Shown here piece after piece: positions 45,886 through 55,791 of a stretch of DNA of 64,000 bases. Source of the stretch: an uncultured delta proteobacterium (GTDB taxonomy: Bacteria > Desulfobacterota > BSN033 > UBA1163); NCBI GenBank assembly GCA_963695895.1, contig CAVOIK010000014.1, positions 6,412-70,411 of the forward strand, given 5' to 3'. A program made the position numbers and the translations under genes. The number at the start of each line of letters is the position of its first letter. Position 1 is the first letter of the stretch. The notes beneath the pieces are model-generated. The model ran no database searches, was not told the DNA's origin, and saw only the letters and a list, made by a program, of their open reading frames with translations.

Positions 45886-46060
45886 TTGTGAACCATCGTC
45901 CTATCGCTTCACAGCCTCCGCAGTGACCCTTTTCAGGTTCGCAGGCGGGGAATTCCTTTCCCCTTCCAGCCTCTAAAGGGCTGGCTTTCCCCTTCCTGTT
46001 CACCTGAATGGGTGACCCCACTGCTCCCGGCCAGTTTCGCTCCGGGACAACGGTTCACAA
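45886..46060 (-). ncRNA. Unidentified 175-nt rod-like structured RNA candidate
   Basis: 16-bp closing stem with G-U pairs on the minus strand, nested stems and a GAA/GAA internal loop; no ORF. Confidence 0.5.
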
Positions 46061-46594
46061 TGTAAGAAAATTTCTTGCATCTGTATTATTTTCATAAGGG
46101 GAGTCGAAAAAGGGCACTTTCCCTCTCTTCATAGATGTAAAGCCCAGTCCAATGGCATGAAAATTCGGTGTTTTTGCGAAGAGTTTCCTCCTGGCATTGA
46201 AATTGCTAACTATTCCAAGACAGTCTAAAGAATCCAAAAAAGGGAAGGTCGAAACGGGCGAGGGAAACGAGATTGGGTCACCTATCAGGAGATGGTATCC
46301 AGCACAATGGAAGATGTGTTCGAGGCCACAAAAGGGCTAAGAAGGACACAGCCATCAGGATTTACCTGCCGGGGATCATGGAATCCATCGAACCCTTCCG
46401 GCTAAGCGCCGCCCATACCGAGGCGCCTCAAGGTTCTAAGACCAGTTGGGCTGTTAAGAAAACAGGAACTGGTCTGACCACGGGCTTGCGCTCTCCTCAT
46501 GAGGAAGGAGAATGACGCCGGAATCGGTTCACGGCTGGTTCGAGATTGGATATCACTCAGATGAAGGTCATCTCGTCCCTCGCCGTCCTATCGG

Positions 46595-48949
46595 TCACCC
46601 CTTCAGATACTTCATGATCGCCTTAAACTGACTCTTCCCGTCGAGGCCTGCCTCCCTGAGCACCATGTAGGCTTGGCCACTTCCGAGATAATGACCCTTC
46701 TGAAAAGGATGGAGGGTCAGGTGCCTTCCTCGCTCAGAGCGTACCCATCGATACATCGTGGGGAGTGTGAAGCCCGTGATCCCCATGGCTCTCTTGGCAT
46801 GCTCTTCCGGAAAAATCTTCTCTTGTTGAGACTTCGACAACAAGTCGAAAAGCTCGGCGCTGGCCACATAGTAAACGTTCAGGTCTATTTTTTCTTTTTC
46901 AATCAAGGGAAGGGCTTCTTCAATAAAAGCATAACCCACCTCGCTCCCCTGAAGGACAAGCACTCCAGCTGATTTCTTCTGACCCTGGCGAAGCAGATAG
47001 ACTCCAGCGACCGCATGGGTCGGAGGCGGAAGGCCCAGGGCTTTACGATCAACTACCTTCTCATTGGGTCGAGTGACAAAAGGTGCGATCATCGCAGGAC
47101 GTTTGCTCAGAGCGGTGGAAACGAGTGGCCAGAGTTCCTGTGGGTCCCACGGGGTGAGGGTAATCATGGTTCCCCTAGGAAAATTTTCCTGCAGGAGTTG
47201 TAGAGCCTGGGGATCGGCATGCGTAGGTCCATCCTCTCCTGTCTTAAGACCTGCGTGAGCACAGACAAGAATCATGGGTCGATAAGGTCTTTCTGCAAGC
47301 TGTTGGCGAGCCTGATTCCCGATGGCGTGAAGCCGCGAAGCGATATGCCCGAGAGGTGCAATAAAGGCGCCATAGGAAGAACCCACTCCGATATGGTGAC
47401 CATAGCTCGAGATCCCTGAGAGCACTCCTGAGATGGCATCTTCACAGATGCCGCCGACAGTCATAAGGCGCGCGCCAGGGTTTGTTGCGGCGTTGTAGTA
47501 ACCGTCTGGGAAACCTTGCCCAGCCATGTTGACGCTTGTCGAGCCGAGGAGATCGGCTGCCGCGGTAAGAATCGCTCCGTGACTGGTCTTGTTATAGTAC
47601 TGAAGGACCCGACCCATCTCTGCGCGCAGTGTAGTGGTCTTCCCAGGAGCCAGCACCAGTTCCTGGGGGATCGTCCCTTTGGTCTTGGCTGCCATATCGA
47701 AGATGGCCTCAACGGAGGGGGCACTGTCCCGAGGCTTACGATGACGGTCATTGAGCCGGTTTCGTGCGTCAACGACTTTTCCAGCCAGCGCGTCAACCAT
47801 GGAACGATTCTTTTCAAGGGCAGTCCGGATGACAGTGAGAGACTCCCAGAAGCACTCCTCCATCACTTCGGTTTCTTTACCTCCTCCACACCGCTGATTT
47901 GCTGTTTCACACTTGGGAAGCTTCTGCTCCGTAAGTCCAAGGAGAGGTTTCAGGGCTTCAAAAAAGCCATCCGCGCAGAGTTTGTGTCCGGCACCGTGGG
48001 AGGCCTTTCCTTCCATTCCATACTTCCAGCCTTTGATTGTCCGGTAGACAATCGCCGTAGGCTGGTGGTTGCTCATCGCCAAGGCCTTGCGCTGGGCAGC
48101 CGCAATCTGTTGCCAGTCCTTACCATCGGGAACATAGATCACGTTCCAGTCATGGAGATAGGCAAATTCGATGGGATCCCACTGCACATAGTCGCCGGGT
48201 GTTCCGTCCTCGCGACACACCCGGTTTGAATCGATGGAGGCCTGATTCCAGTCCAAATGGAAGATCGCATTCTTCAGCGAGGCTGTTCCGGCCGCCGCGA
48301 AAGCCTCACTCACGCGTCCGGGCGTCATGCCACCCTCGCCCTCCACGATGTGAACCCTGGGAGGATCGTTAGCATAAAAATCCATCGCTCCAAGAGCCAG
48401 TCCCAGAGAGGCACCCACACCCACCCCTGAGGCCCCTGTTGAGATTCGAATGAACGGAGTTGCCGGGGTTGGATGGCCATCGAGGGGTTTCGCATGGAGC
48501 TTCTTGAAGAGCGGAGTCTTAGTAATGGGGTTTCGACGAAAACCGAGTAGGTCTTCAAGACGAAGCTGGTAGCGTTCCTCCTTCGGCAGGAGGTTGGGTG
48601 CTCCGATGCGGACGATCTCATTTCGCAATGCCCACAAAGAGTAGAGACCGAGGGCCTTGTGGCCGGCCGCATAGGAGATGATATCTGCATCATCCCGGTC
48701 AGGATCGGAGAAGTCGTAATCCATGGTGTTGAAAAGAATGTTCGTAACGAACCGGCCAGAGGAGATGGAGCCCCCTGGGTGACCTGAAAGGGGAACATAG
48801 TTATAGAGAAGAGCACAAAGGGACCGATAGATGAGATCGAACGTCTCGAGATGCTGAACCTGATCGGATGAAACGGGAGGGTCACCTTTCTTCATCTCCT
48901 CCGTAATGTCAACATAGACAGCCCGTCTTGATTTCAACTCGAATCCCAT
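46595..48949 (-). CDS. Transketolase-like ThDP enzyme (divergent, single chain)
   Basis: SGHPGGS, GHP, STG..G.G, GEG...DWN, GEDGPTH. Confidence 0.8.
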   Translation of the reverse strand: MGFELKSRRAVYVDITEEMKKGDPPVSSDQVQHLETFDLIYRSLCALLYNYVPLSGHPGGSISSGRFVTNILFNTMDYDFSDPDRDDADIISYAAGHKALGLYSLWALRNEIVRIGAPNLLPKEERYQLRLEDLLGFRRNPITKTPLFKKLHAKPLDGHPTPATPFIRISTGASGVGVGASLGLALGAMDFYANDPPRVHIVEGEGGMTPGRVSEAFAAAGTASLKNAIFHLDWNQASIDSNRVCREDGTPGDYVQWDPIEFAYLHDWNVIYVPDGKDWQQIAAAQRKALAMSNHQPTAIVYRTIKGWKYGMEGKASHGAGHKLCADGFFEALKPLLGLTEQKLPKCETANQRCGGGKETEVMEECFWESLTVIRTALEKNRSMVDALAGKVVDARNRLNDRHRKPRDSAPSVEAIFDMAAKTKGTIPQELVLAPGKTTTLRAEMGRVLQYYNKTSHGAILTAAADLLGSTSVNMAGQGFPDGYYNAATNPGARLMTVGGICEDAISGVLSGISSYGHHIGVGSSYGAFIAPLGHIASRLHAIGNQARQQLAERPYRPMILVCAHAGLKTGEDGPTHADPQALQLLQENFPRGTMITLTPWDPQELWPLVSTALSKRPAMIAPFVTRPNEKVVDRKALGLPPPTHAVAGVYLLRQGQKKSAGVLVLQGSEVGYAFIEEALPLIEKEKIDLNVYYVASAELFDLLSKSQQEKIFPEEHAKRAMGITGFTLPTMYRWVRSERGRHLTLHPFQKGHYLGSGQAYMVLREAGLDGKSQFKAIMKYLKG

Positions 48950-48961
48950 AATACGCTCCTT

Positions 48962-49852
48962 TCATTGACTGATAGTTTTTGCAACTTGATGGTTGGCGTG
49001 GCCCTCAAACAACTGAGAGGCGTGGAAAGAACTTCGAACAAAAGGACCGGAAGCAACTCCTTTGAACCCCATCCCTTGAGCTGTTTGCCGATAGTCTTCG
49101 AATTCTTGAGGGGGAACGTATCGAACGACCGGCAACCGTTCCGAACGAGGCTGAAGATATTGGCCAATGGTTAGGAGGTCACACCCCACTTCCCTCAGGT
49201 CGGTGAGGAGATTCAAGACTTCCTCTTGGGTCTCTCCAAGGCCGAGCATGAACCCGGACTTCGTCAAGACAGATGGCTCAATCTCTTTTGCCCGTTGAAG
49301 TAATTCGAGAGACCTTCTGTAGTCGGCCTGCGGTCGAACCTGGGGGTAGAGTCGAGGGACGGTTTCTATATTGTGATTCAGAACATCGGGTTGCTCCTTC
49401 AGGACTGTTTCGAGCGCGGTTCGATCCCCCTTCAAATCAGGAATTAGAACTTCGATCTTTACTCCGGGATCCAAAGCCCGGATAGCCCGAATAGCTTCCG
49501 CATAGTGCGATGCGCCCCCATCCTGAAGGTCATCCCGGGTTACGGAAGTCAAAACCACGTATTGGAGTTTCAATTCCCCAACCGCTCGGGCTACTGTCTC
49601 TGGTTCTGATTCGTTCAAAGGGAGCGGAGTGCCACGTTCGACGGCACAAAAACCACAGTTCCGTGTACACACTCGGCCAAGAATGAGAAAGGTAGCTGTT
49701 CCTCTTGAGAAACAATCCCCCAAATTTGGGCAGCGTGCCTCTTCACAGACCGTATGGAGATTCCCCCGTCCGAGGATTGCTTTTACCTTCTCGATCTCCT
49801 GGATCGGAGGAATTCGTTTCTTAAGCCAAGACGGTTTCTTTAGAGCTTCCAT
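48962..49852 (-). CDS. lipA: Lipoyl synthase
   Basis: CEEARCPNLGDC, CTRNCGFC, VRSSFHA. Confidence 0.96.
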   Translation of the reverse strand: MEALKKPSWLKKRIPPIQEIEKVKAILGRGNLHTVCEEARCPNLGDCFSRGTATFLILGRVCTRNCGFCAVERGTPLPLNESEPETVARAVGELKLQYVVLTSVTRDDLQDGGASHYAEAIRAIRALDPGVKIEVLIPDLKGDRTALETVLKEQPDVLNHNIETVPRLYPQVRPQADYRRSLELLQRAKEIEPSVLTKSGFMLGLGETQEEVLNLLTDLREVGCDLLTIGQYLQPRSERLPVVRYVPPQEFEDYRQTAQGMGFKGVASGPFVRSSFHASQLFEGHANHQVAKTISQ

Positions 49853-49881
49853 TTCTTTATGGGGACCTGCGCTCTTTGTTC

Positions 49882-51294
49882 TTAGCCCTTCGCTGAGGGG
49901 CGAAGCGGTTTCGGAAGGTGAATGGCCGAGCCGTCCGCGTCAAGGGCCGCTTCCTTCAGGGCTTCCGAGACAGTCGGATGCGCCTGCATCATCTGTCCGA
50001 AGTCTCTCAGCCTAATTCCCTGCCTCATCAACGAGCCTGCGATTGAAACAAGCACGCTTGCTTCGGGTCCGATCATATGAACGCCTAAAACCTCATCGTT
50101 CTCCTTGCTTGCAATGACCTTGACCAACCCCTCTGTCTCACCCGAGATGACAGCGGTTGGGTTCGATCGAAATGGAAAACGACCCATCTTGATCTCACCC
50201 CTCGTCCGGGCTTCTTTTTCTGTGAGTCCGATGGATGCGATTTCAGGATAGGTAAAGATGCACAAGGGGACCGGATGATTCTCCATCGACCGATTTATTC
50301 CCATGGCGTTCTCGGCAGCAATGACGCCCTGTTCAGAGGCCACGTGGGCGAGGAGAATTCCTCCTGTGGCATCGCCAATGGCGTACACATTCGGAGCCGT
50401 GGTTTCCATCTTCGAGTTGACATGGATTCCTTTGGGAGAAATCTCCACTCTCGCCTTTGAAAAATCGAGATCGAGATTCGGTCCTCTTCCCACAGAGACA
50501 AGAACCTTATCTGCCATTATCTCTTGAATTCCCTGAGGGGCCTTAACGAAAAGCCTCAATCTGTCCCCAGCGGAGGAGATCTCCTCGATCGTTGACTGGG
50601 TCAGGATCTTCACTCCATCCGCCTCTATCACCCTTCGGAATTGGCGGATTATCTCGGCTTCGAGACCCGGGAGGATATTTTCGAGGACCTCAACGATCGT
50701 CACTTTTGAACCGAGGATAGTGAGAAGAGTGGCAAACTCCATGCCGATATATCCTCCACCGACGATGACGACCTCACGGGGAATCTTCTTCAGCTCCAAG
50801 GCCTCGTCGCTGGTGATGATCTTTTCGCCGTCAGGCTGAAGATTGGGAAGACTCTTTGAGTGAGACCCTGGAGCCAGGATGATCGCATCCGCATCAAGAA
50901 CTTCTCTCTTATCTCCTGCGCCCGAGAAAACGACCTGATGAGGAGCGAGCAGATCCGCCCTGCCTTGCTTTACCGTGACCCTTTGAGATTGAAGCAGAAT
51001 CTCGATTCCGTTAACCAGATCTTGAACCACCTTGGCCTTTCGTTCCATCATCGACGGCCAGGGATCCAAATCGGGTTGGAGGAGCCCTCGAAAGACAGGA
51101 GAGTGCCCCATCTTGCGAAGCATCTTGGCATCTGCAAGAAGCGCCTTGGTTGGGATGCATCCGTGGTTAAGGCAGGTCCCACCGATTTTATCCTTCTCAA
51201 TCAAGGTAACCCGGGCCCCCAACTGGGCAGCCCGAATCGCCGCCACGTAGCCTCCAGGACCTCCTCCAATGATAACAACTCGTTTAGGGTTCAT
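49882..51294 (-). CDS. lpdA: Dihydrolipoyl dehydrogenase
   Basis: GGGPGG, GGTCLNHGCIPTK, AHPTVSE. Confidence 0.95.
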   Translation of the reverse strand: MNPKRVVIIGGGPGGYVAAIRAAQLGARVTLIEKDKIGGTCLNHGCIPTKALLADAKMLRKMGHSPVFRGLLQPDLDPWPSMMERKAKVVQDLVNGIEILLQSQRVTVKQGRADLLAPHQVVFSGAGDKREVLDADAIILAPGSHSKSLPNLQPDGEKIITSDEALELKKIPREVVIVGGGYIGMEFATLLTILGSKVTIVEVLENILPGLEAEIIRQFRRVIEADGVKILTQSTIEEISSAGDRLRLFVKAPQGIQEIMADKVLVSVGRGPNLDLDFSKARVEISPKGIHVNSKMETTAPNVYAIGDATGGILLAHVASEQGVIAAENAMGINRSMENHPVPLCIFTYPEIASIGLTEKEARTRGEIKMGRFPFRSNPTAVISGETEGLVKVIASKENDEVLGVHMIGPEASVLVSIAGSLMRQGIRLRDFGQMMQAHPTVSEALKEAALDADGSAIHLPKPLRPSAKG

Positions 51295-51438
51295 GATCGG
51301 AATCTCAAGATCCAAATTCCAAATGACCAAACACTTTGGAACAACGTCGGGAATTAAATGATCAGAAATTATTCCGCACTTGCCACCAATGAATGAGTAT
51401 TTCTTCTAGCCACCTGCATATGACCGAAATCAAGGGAC

Positions 51439-52164
51439 CTACCCGCCTATCCCGCTAAGGCGGGACGTCTCATCAAGCCGACTTGCCCGTGAGGGTACAA
51501 TCTCTTCAAGACGTTTTTCTTCCCAGCGCCTTTCGAAGATCTGCTCAAAGTGGAAATGGACTCTTTGATAAAGTCGATCCCGAGAAACGTTCGTTCCGAG
51601 AGTCTTTGCCATCGAGGTCATTCTGATTCCTTCGAGGCCGCAGGGATTGATCAAATCAAAGTAAGTGAGATCCGTTCCGTAATTCAGGGCGAGGCCGTGG
51701 AAAGAGACCCAGCGTTTCACCGCGACTCCAACGGAGGCAATCTTTTGTCGGTCAACCCAGACCCCTCTGTTCAAAGAATCCCTTTTGGCAGAGATGCCAA
51801 AATCGGACAGAGTCCGGATGATGACCTCTTCAAGTTGTTCTATATATCTGACGAGTTTCCAACCGTATTCCTTGAGGTCAAGGATCGGGTAAACGACGAG
51901 CTGCCCTGGGCCGTGATAAGTAACCTCTCCCCCTCTTTCGATGTGAAAGATAGGAATGTTCCGTTTGGCTAAGGTTTCTGAAGAGGCGAGGAGATGGGTT
52001 CGGTTACCACGGCGCCCAAGTGTTAGGACATGGGGATGCTCAAGAAACAAGAGTAGATCAGGAACCTGCCCTTCAACTCGCTTGGCCCACAGTTCGAGCT
52101 GAAGATCCCACGCCTTTTTGTACTCGATCAGACCGAGATTGAAGAGATATCCTTTGTGCTCCAT
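51439..52164 (-). CDS. lipB: Lipoyl(octanoyl) transferase
   Basis: LEHPHVLTLG, RGGEVTYHGPGQ, HGLALN, PCGL. Confidence 0.95.
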   Translation of the reverse strand: MEHKGYLFNLGLIEYKKAWDLQLELWAKRVEGQVPDLLLFLEHPHVLTLGRRGNRTHLLASSETLAKRNIPIFHIERGGEVTYHGPGQLVVYPILDLKEYGWKLVRYIEQLEEVIIRTLSDFGISAKRDSLNRGVWVDRQKIASVGVAVKRWVSFHGLALNYGTDLTYFDLINPCGLEGIRMTSMAKTLGTNVSRDRLYQRVHFHFEQIFERRWEEKRLEEIVPSRASRLDETSRLSGIGG

Positions 52165-52292
52165 GAGTGATCCACAATGCAGTTCAGCACCGATGCCCAA
52201 GTGCCAATGATTAAATAATCACCAAAATTCCAGGATTCAAAACCTTAAAAAATTCGATTAACACCACGCTGTTCATTCGTTTTGGATATTCG

Positions 52293-52420
52293 GTCACGGG
52301 CAAGTCGGCTGGATGCCCCGCCTTGCCTGCCTGCGGAGGCAGGTAAGCGGGGAGGAAAGCCGACTTTGTAATAATGTGTACATTTCCCGGAAGCCCCGCG
52401 CTGTGCGCGGGTGGCTTCAT
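52293..52420 (+). mobile_element. Miniature IS200/IS605-end-like element (family 2) with nested CCTGCC palindrome
   Basis: gtcacgggcaagtcggctggatgcccc ... atttcccggaagccccgcgctgtgcgcgggtggcttcat. Confidence 0.6.
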
Positions 52421-52458
52421 TGAGAATTATTTGGAGCTTGGGATTTGGTTATGGGTGT

Positions 52459-53940
52459 TCATTCTCCTTTTGTCCATTTCAATTTCGGTTTTCGTGCCGC
52501 GAGAACCTCGTCAAGCCTCCTCACCTTAGCCCTTTGGGGTGCCTGATGAAGGAGTTCTGGTTGCTCCTCAGCTTCCTTGGCGATCTGGATCATGGTCTCA
52601 ACGAAACCATCGAGATTCTCTTTGCTCTCTGTTTCGGTAGGCTCCATCATTAAGGCCCCCTTCACCACCAAGGGGAAATAAATCGTGGGAGGATGATACC
52701 CGTAATCAATCAACCTCTTCGCAATATCGAGTGTGCTCACATGGTGCTTTTCTTGGAGCCGGTCAGTGAAGACACATTCATGCATGCAGCGGCGGTCATA
52801 CGGAAGGTGATAATAACCCTTTAGTCTTGCCATGAGGTAGTTCGCGTTGAGCACAGCCATCTCACTGGCTTTCTTCAAGCCCTCTGCTCCCATGGAGAGG
52901 ATATAGGCATAGGCTTTCACGGCCACACCGAAGTTTCCGTAAAAGGCCCTGACCTTGCCAATGCTCTGGGGCCGATCGTAGCTGAGTCGATAGTCGCACC
53001 CTTGTTTTTCGATCACAGGGACTGGAAGAAAAGGGGCGAGAGTGTTCTTAATTGCCACAGGTCCTGATCCCGGACCTCCTCCGCCGTGAGGCGTGGAAAA
53101 GGTTTTGTGAAGGTTGATGTGAACCACGTCAACCCCAAGGTCACCCAACTTCGCAATTCCCATTAATGCATTCAGATTGGCTCCGTCACAATAAACAAGG
53201 CCTCCCTTATGGTGAACAATCTTGGTAATTTCTGCCAGATTCTCCTCGAAGAGACCGAGCGTGTTTGGATTCGTGACCATGATGGCTGCCACATCTTCAT
53301 CCATCAGCTTAGCCACGTCTTCGGGGCCGATCACACCTCTCTCGTTGGATTTGAGTCCCACCGTCGAGAAAGAGGCAATGGTTGACGTGGAGCAGTTGGT
53401 CCCGTGCGCTGTATCAGGTACGAGGACCTTGTGACGTCGCTCTCCTCGGGCCTTCAGACAAGCCCGGATCATCATCATTCCCGTAAGTTCACCATGAGCG
53501 CCAGCCGCCGGCTGGAGCGTGGCCTGATCCATCCCTGTCACTTCGGCAAGAAAAGTCTGGAGTTCAACCATCAACCGCAGCACCCCTTGAGAGAGATCCT
53601 GGGGCGTGTAGGGATGAAGATGAGCGAACCCACTCATCCGGGCGACCTCCTCGTTCACTTTCGGATTGTACTTCATCGTACAGGATCCCAAGGGATAGAG
53701 ACCGCTGTCCACTCCATAGTTCCACTGGGAAAGCCGTGTGAAATGACGGACGACATCCACCTCGCTCAACTGGGGAAAGCCTTCAAGGTCCTTTCTCAAC
53801 AGGCGGGAGGGGATGAGGTTACTTGCCTGGACTTCTTCTACATCCCATCGAGGCAAAGAATACCCCTTTCTGCCTTTGCTTCCTTGTTCAAAAACCAGAG
53901 CTGCCTCTTGAATAAGGCCTCGATCGTTTGTCTTCTTCAT
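52459..53940 (-). CDS. gcvPB: Glycine dehydrogenase subunit 2
   Basis: PLGSCTMKYNP, NLHKTFSTPHGGGGPG, EPTETE. Confidence 0.96.
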   Translation of the reverse strand: MKKTNDRGLIQEAALVFEQGSKGRKGYSLPRWDVEEVQASNLIPSRLLRKDLEGFPQLSEVDVVRHFTRLSQWNYGVDSGLYPLGSCTMKYNPKVNEEVARMSGFAHLHPYTPQDLSQGVLRLMVELQTFLAEVTGMDQATLQPAAGAHGELTGMMMIRACLKARGERRHKVLVPDTAHGTNCSTSTIASFSTVGLKSNERGVIGPEDVAKLMDEDVAAIMVTNPNTLGLFEENLAEITKIVHHKGGLVYCDGANLNALMGIAKLGDLGVDVVHINLHKTFSTPHGGGGPGSGPVAIKNTLAPFLPVPVIEKQGCDYRLSYDRPQSIGKVRAFYGNFGVAVKAYAYILSMGAEGLKKASEMAVLNANYLMARLKGYYHLPYDRRCMHECVFTDRLQEKHHVSTLDIAKRLIDYGYHPPTIYFPLVVKGALMMEPTETESKENLDGFVETMIQIAKEAEEQPELLHQAPQRAKVRRLDEVLAARKPKLKWTKGE

Positions 53941-53961
53941 ACCCGCGTCCTCGTCAATAGG

Positions 53962-55332
53962 TTATTTCGAGTTTAGGATCTCCCTCACGGCTACAGCCCA
54001 GCGATCAATCTCCTCTTTTGTGTTTGTCTCTGTCACCGTCACGAGAAGATGCTGATTGAGTTCAGGGTAATATTTTCTTAGGGACAGACCTCCTAATATC
54101 CGTTGTTTCGTTAACGCTCCAAGGATTCTTTCGGGCTCTCGTTCGATCTCCAAAACGAATTCATTGAATGTGGGAGAAGAGAAGTGAACTTTACAGCCTC
54201 GAACCTGAGAAATGGTCTTCTTCGCATATTCTGCCTTGCTCAAGTTCATCAAGGCTAATTCTTTTAACCCTCTTTTCCCAAGGATTGAGAGGTAAACAGT
54301 GGCCATCAGGGCGCACAGTCCTTCGTTGGTGCAAATGTTCGAGGTGGCGCGTTCCCTTCGGATGTGCTGTTCTCGTGTTGCCAGGGTGAGCACAAACCCC
54401 CTTCTTCCCTCTAAATCGACGGTTTCACCAACCAAACGACCGGGCATTTGGCGGACGAATTTGTCCCAGGTTGTGAAGATTCCAAGATAAGGCCCGCCGT
54501 AGGAAACAGGGATCCCAAAACTCTGCCCTTCTCCAGCCACGATGTCCGCTCCCAAAGGACCGGGAGGTGCCAGGATGCCATAGGCCGCTGCTTCGCTGAA
54601 GCCGACGATAAACAACGCTCCTTGTTGATGAGCCTTCTCGGCAATGGATTGGAGGTCTTCAATCGCGCCGAAAAAGTTTGGACTCTGAATGACGACTGCG
54701 GACACATCTTCACCCAGGTGATCAGAGAGAGCCTTTGGGTCTGTCGTTCCTTCTTTCTTTTGATAGGGAATAGGGACGATCTCTTGCTGATCCGGATCGA
54801 TGTAGGTCTGAATCACTCTCCGGTATTCCGGATGGACCGCCTGGGAGAGGAGAATCTTCTTCCGTTTGGTGATGCGTTGGGCCATGAGTACCGCTTCAGC
54901 GAGACTCGAAGCACCATCATACATCGAGGCGTTTGACACCTCCATCCCAGTCAATTGACACATCAACGTCTGATATTCGAAAATGGCCTGAAGCGTTCCT
55001 TGGCTGATTTCAGGCTGATAAGGAGTATAGGCGGTGTAGAATTCGGACCGAGACGTGAGATCTGAAACGACCGATGGGATGAAGTGATGATAAGCTCCTC
55101 CTCCGAGGAAGCTGCTCCATCGTTCTCCTGAAACGACAGGGGATTGAAGCCCTTGCATGTGCCGCAGAAGATCGGGTTCAGAGAGAGGGGGAGGGAGGTT
55201 CAGAGGTTTGTTGAGCCGGTACTTGTTAGGGACAGGCTCGAAGAGATCCTCAGTGGTCTTGACACCGATCGCCTCAAGCATCTCCTTACAATCTTCTTCT
55301 GTGTGAGGAATGTAGCGCGCAAAGTCTTGCAT
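53962..55332 (-). CDS. gcvPA: Glycine dehydrogenase subunit 1
   Basis: YIPHT, FYTAYTPYQPEISQG, TREQHIRRERATSNICTN. Confidence 0.95.
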   Translation of the reverse strand: MQDFARYIPHTEEDCKEMLEAIGVKTTEDLFEPVPNKYRLNKPLNLPPPLSEPDLLRHMQGLQSPVVSGERWSSFLGGGAYHHFIPSVVSDLTSRSEFYTAYTPYQPEISQGTLQAIFEYQTLMCQLTGMEVSNASMYDGASSLAEAVLMAQRITKRKKILLSQAVHPEYRRVIQTYIDPDQQEIVPIPYQKKEGTTDPKALSDHLGEDVSAVVIQSPNFFGAIEDLQSIAEKAHQQGALFIVGFSEAAAYGILAPPGPLGADIVAGEGQSFGIPVSYGGPYLGIFTTWDKFVRQMPGRLVGETVDLEGRRGFVLTLATREQHIRRERATSNICTNEGLCALMATVYLSILGKRGLKELALMNLSKAEYAKKTISQVRGCKVHFSSPTFNEFVLEIEREPERILGALTKQRILGGLSLRKYYPELNQHLLVTVTETNTKEEIDRWAVAVREILNSK

Positions 55333-55719
55333 TATGATTCCTCCGGTATCAACCCTTGATAGGCTTTGGGCTGACAAGAGCCCCTTTAGGTCATCCTTGT
55401 TCTGAACCGCTATCTTGATCATCCATCCCTTGCCAAAAGGATCTTCGTTGACGTATTGGGGATGGTCTTTCAAACTGGAGTTGATTTCAGTCACCTTTCC
55501 TGTCACGGGCGAATAGATGTCAGCCAGCGTCTTTACGGACTCGACGACTCCAAGCGTGTCGCCCTTCTTGATCTGGAGTCCGACCTCAGGAAAGTCGACG
55601 TAGACGATGTCTTTCAATTGACTCTGCGCATAGTCTGTGATTCCGATCACCGCTATTTCACCCTCAACCTTCACCCATTCATGGCTCTCCGTGTAGAACA
55701 CTCCTTCTGGAAATTGCAT
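55332..55719 (-). CDS. gcvH: Glycine cleavage H protein (one extra A near 55367)
   Basis: YTESHEW, GITDYAQ, VESVKT lipoyl-Lys, DPFGKGW; corrected end AYQGLIPEES* overlaps the gcvPA ATG (TAATG). Confidence 0.93.
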
Positions 55720-55791
55720 CGATTCTCCTCCTTCTTTTTTCATCCCAATGCTTTCATCCAAGTTTACTCCCCACGATCCGGTCTTCACTTT

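Noticed and set aside
46240-46560. 80-aa ORF or RNase P/tmRNA downstream of the transketolase-like gene
   Set aside because: TTG start, no recognisable motif, and none of the RNase P (GAGGAAAGUCC) or tmRNA end signatures.
53962-55788. Apparent GcvH-GcvPA fusion in the ORF track
   Set aside because: Removing one A near 55367 restores a normal GcvH end (SAQAYQGLIPEES*) whose TAA overlaps the gcvPA ATG, with a GGAGG RBS just upstream; likely a sequencing artefact.
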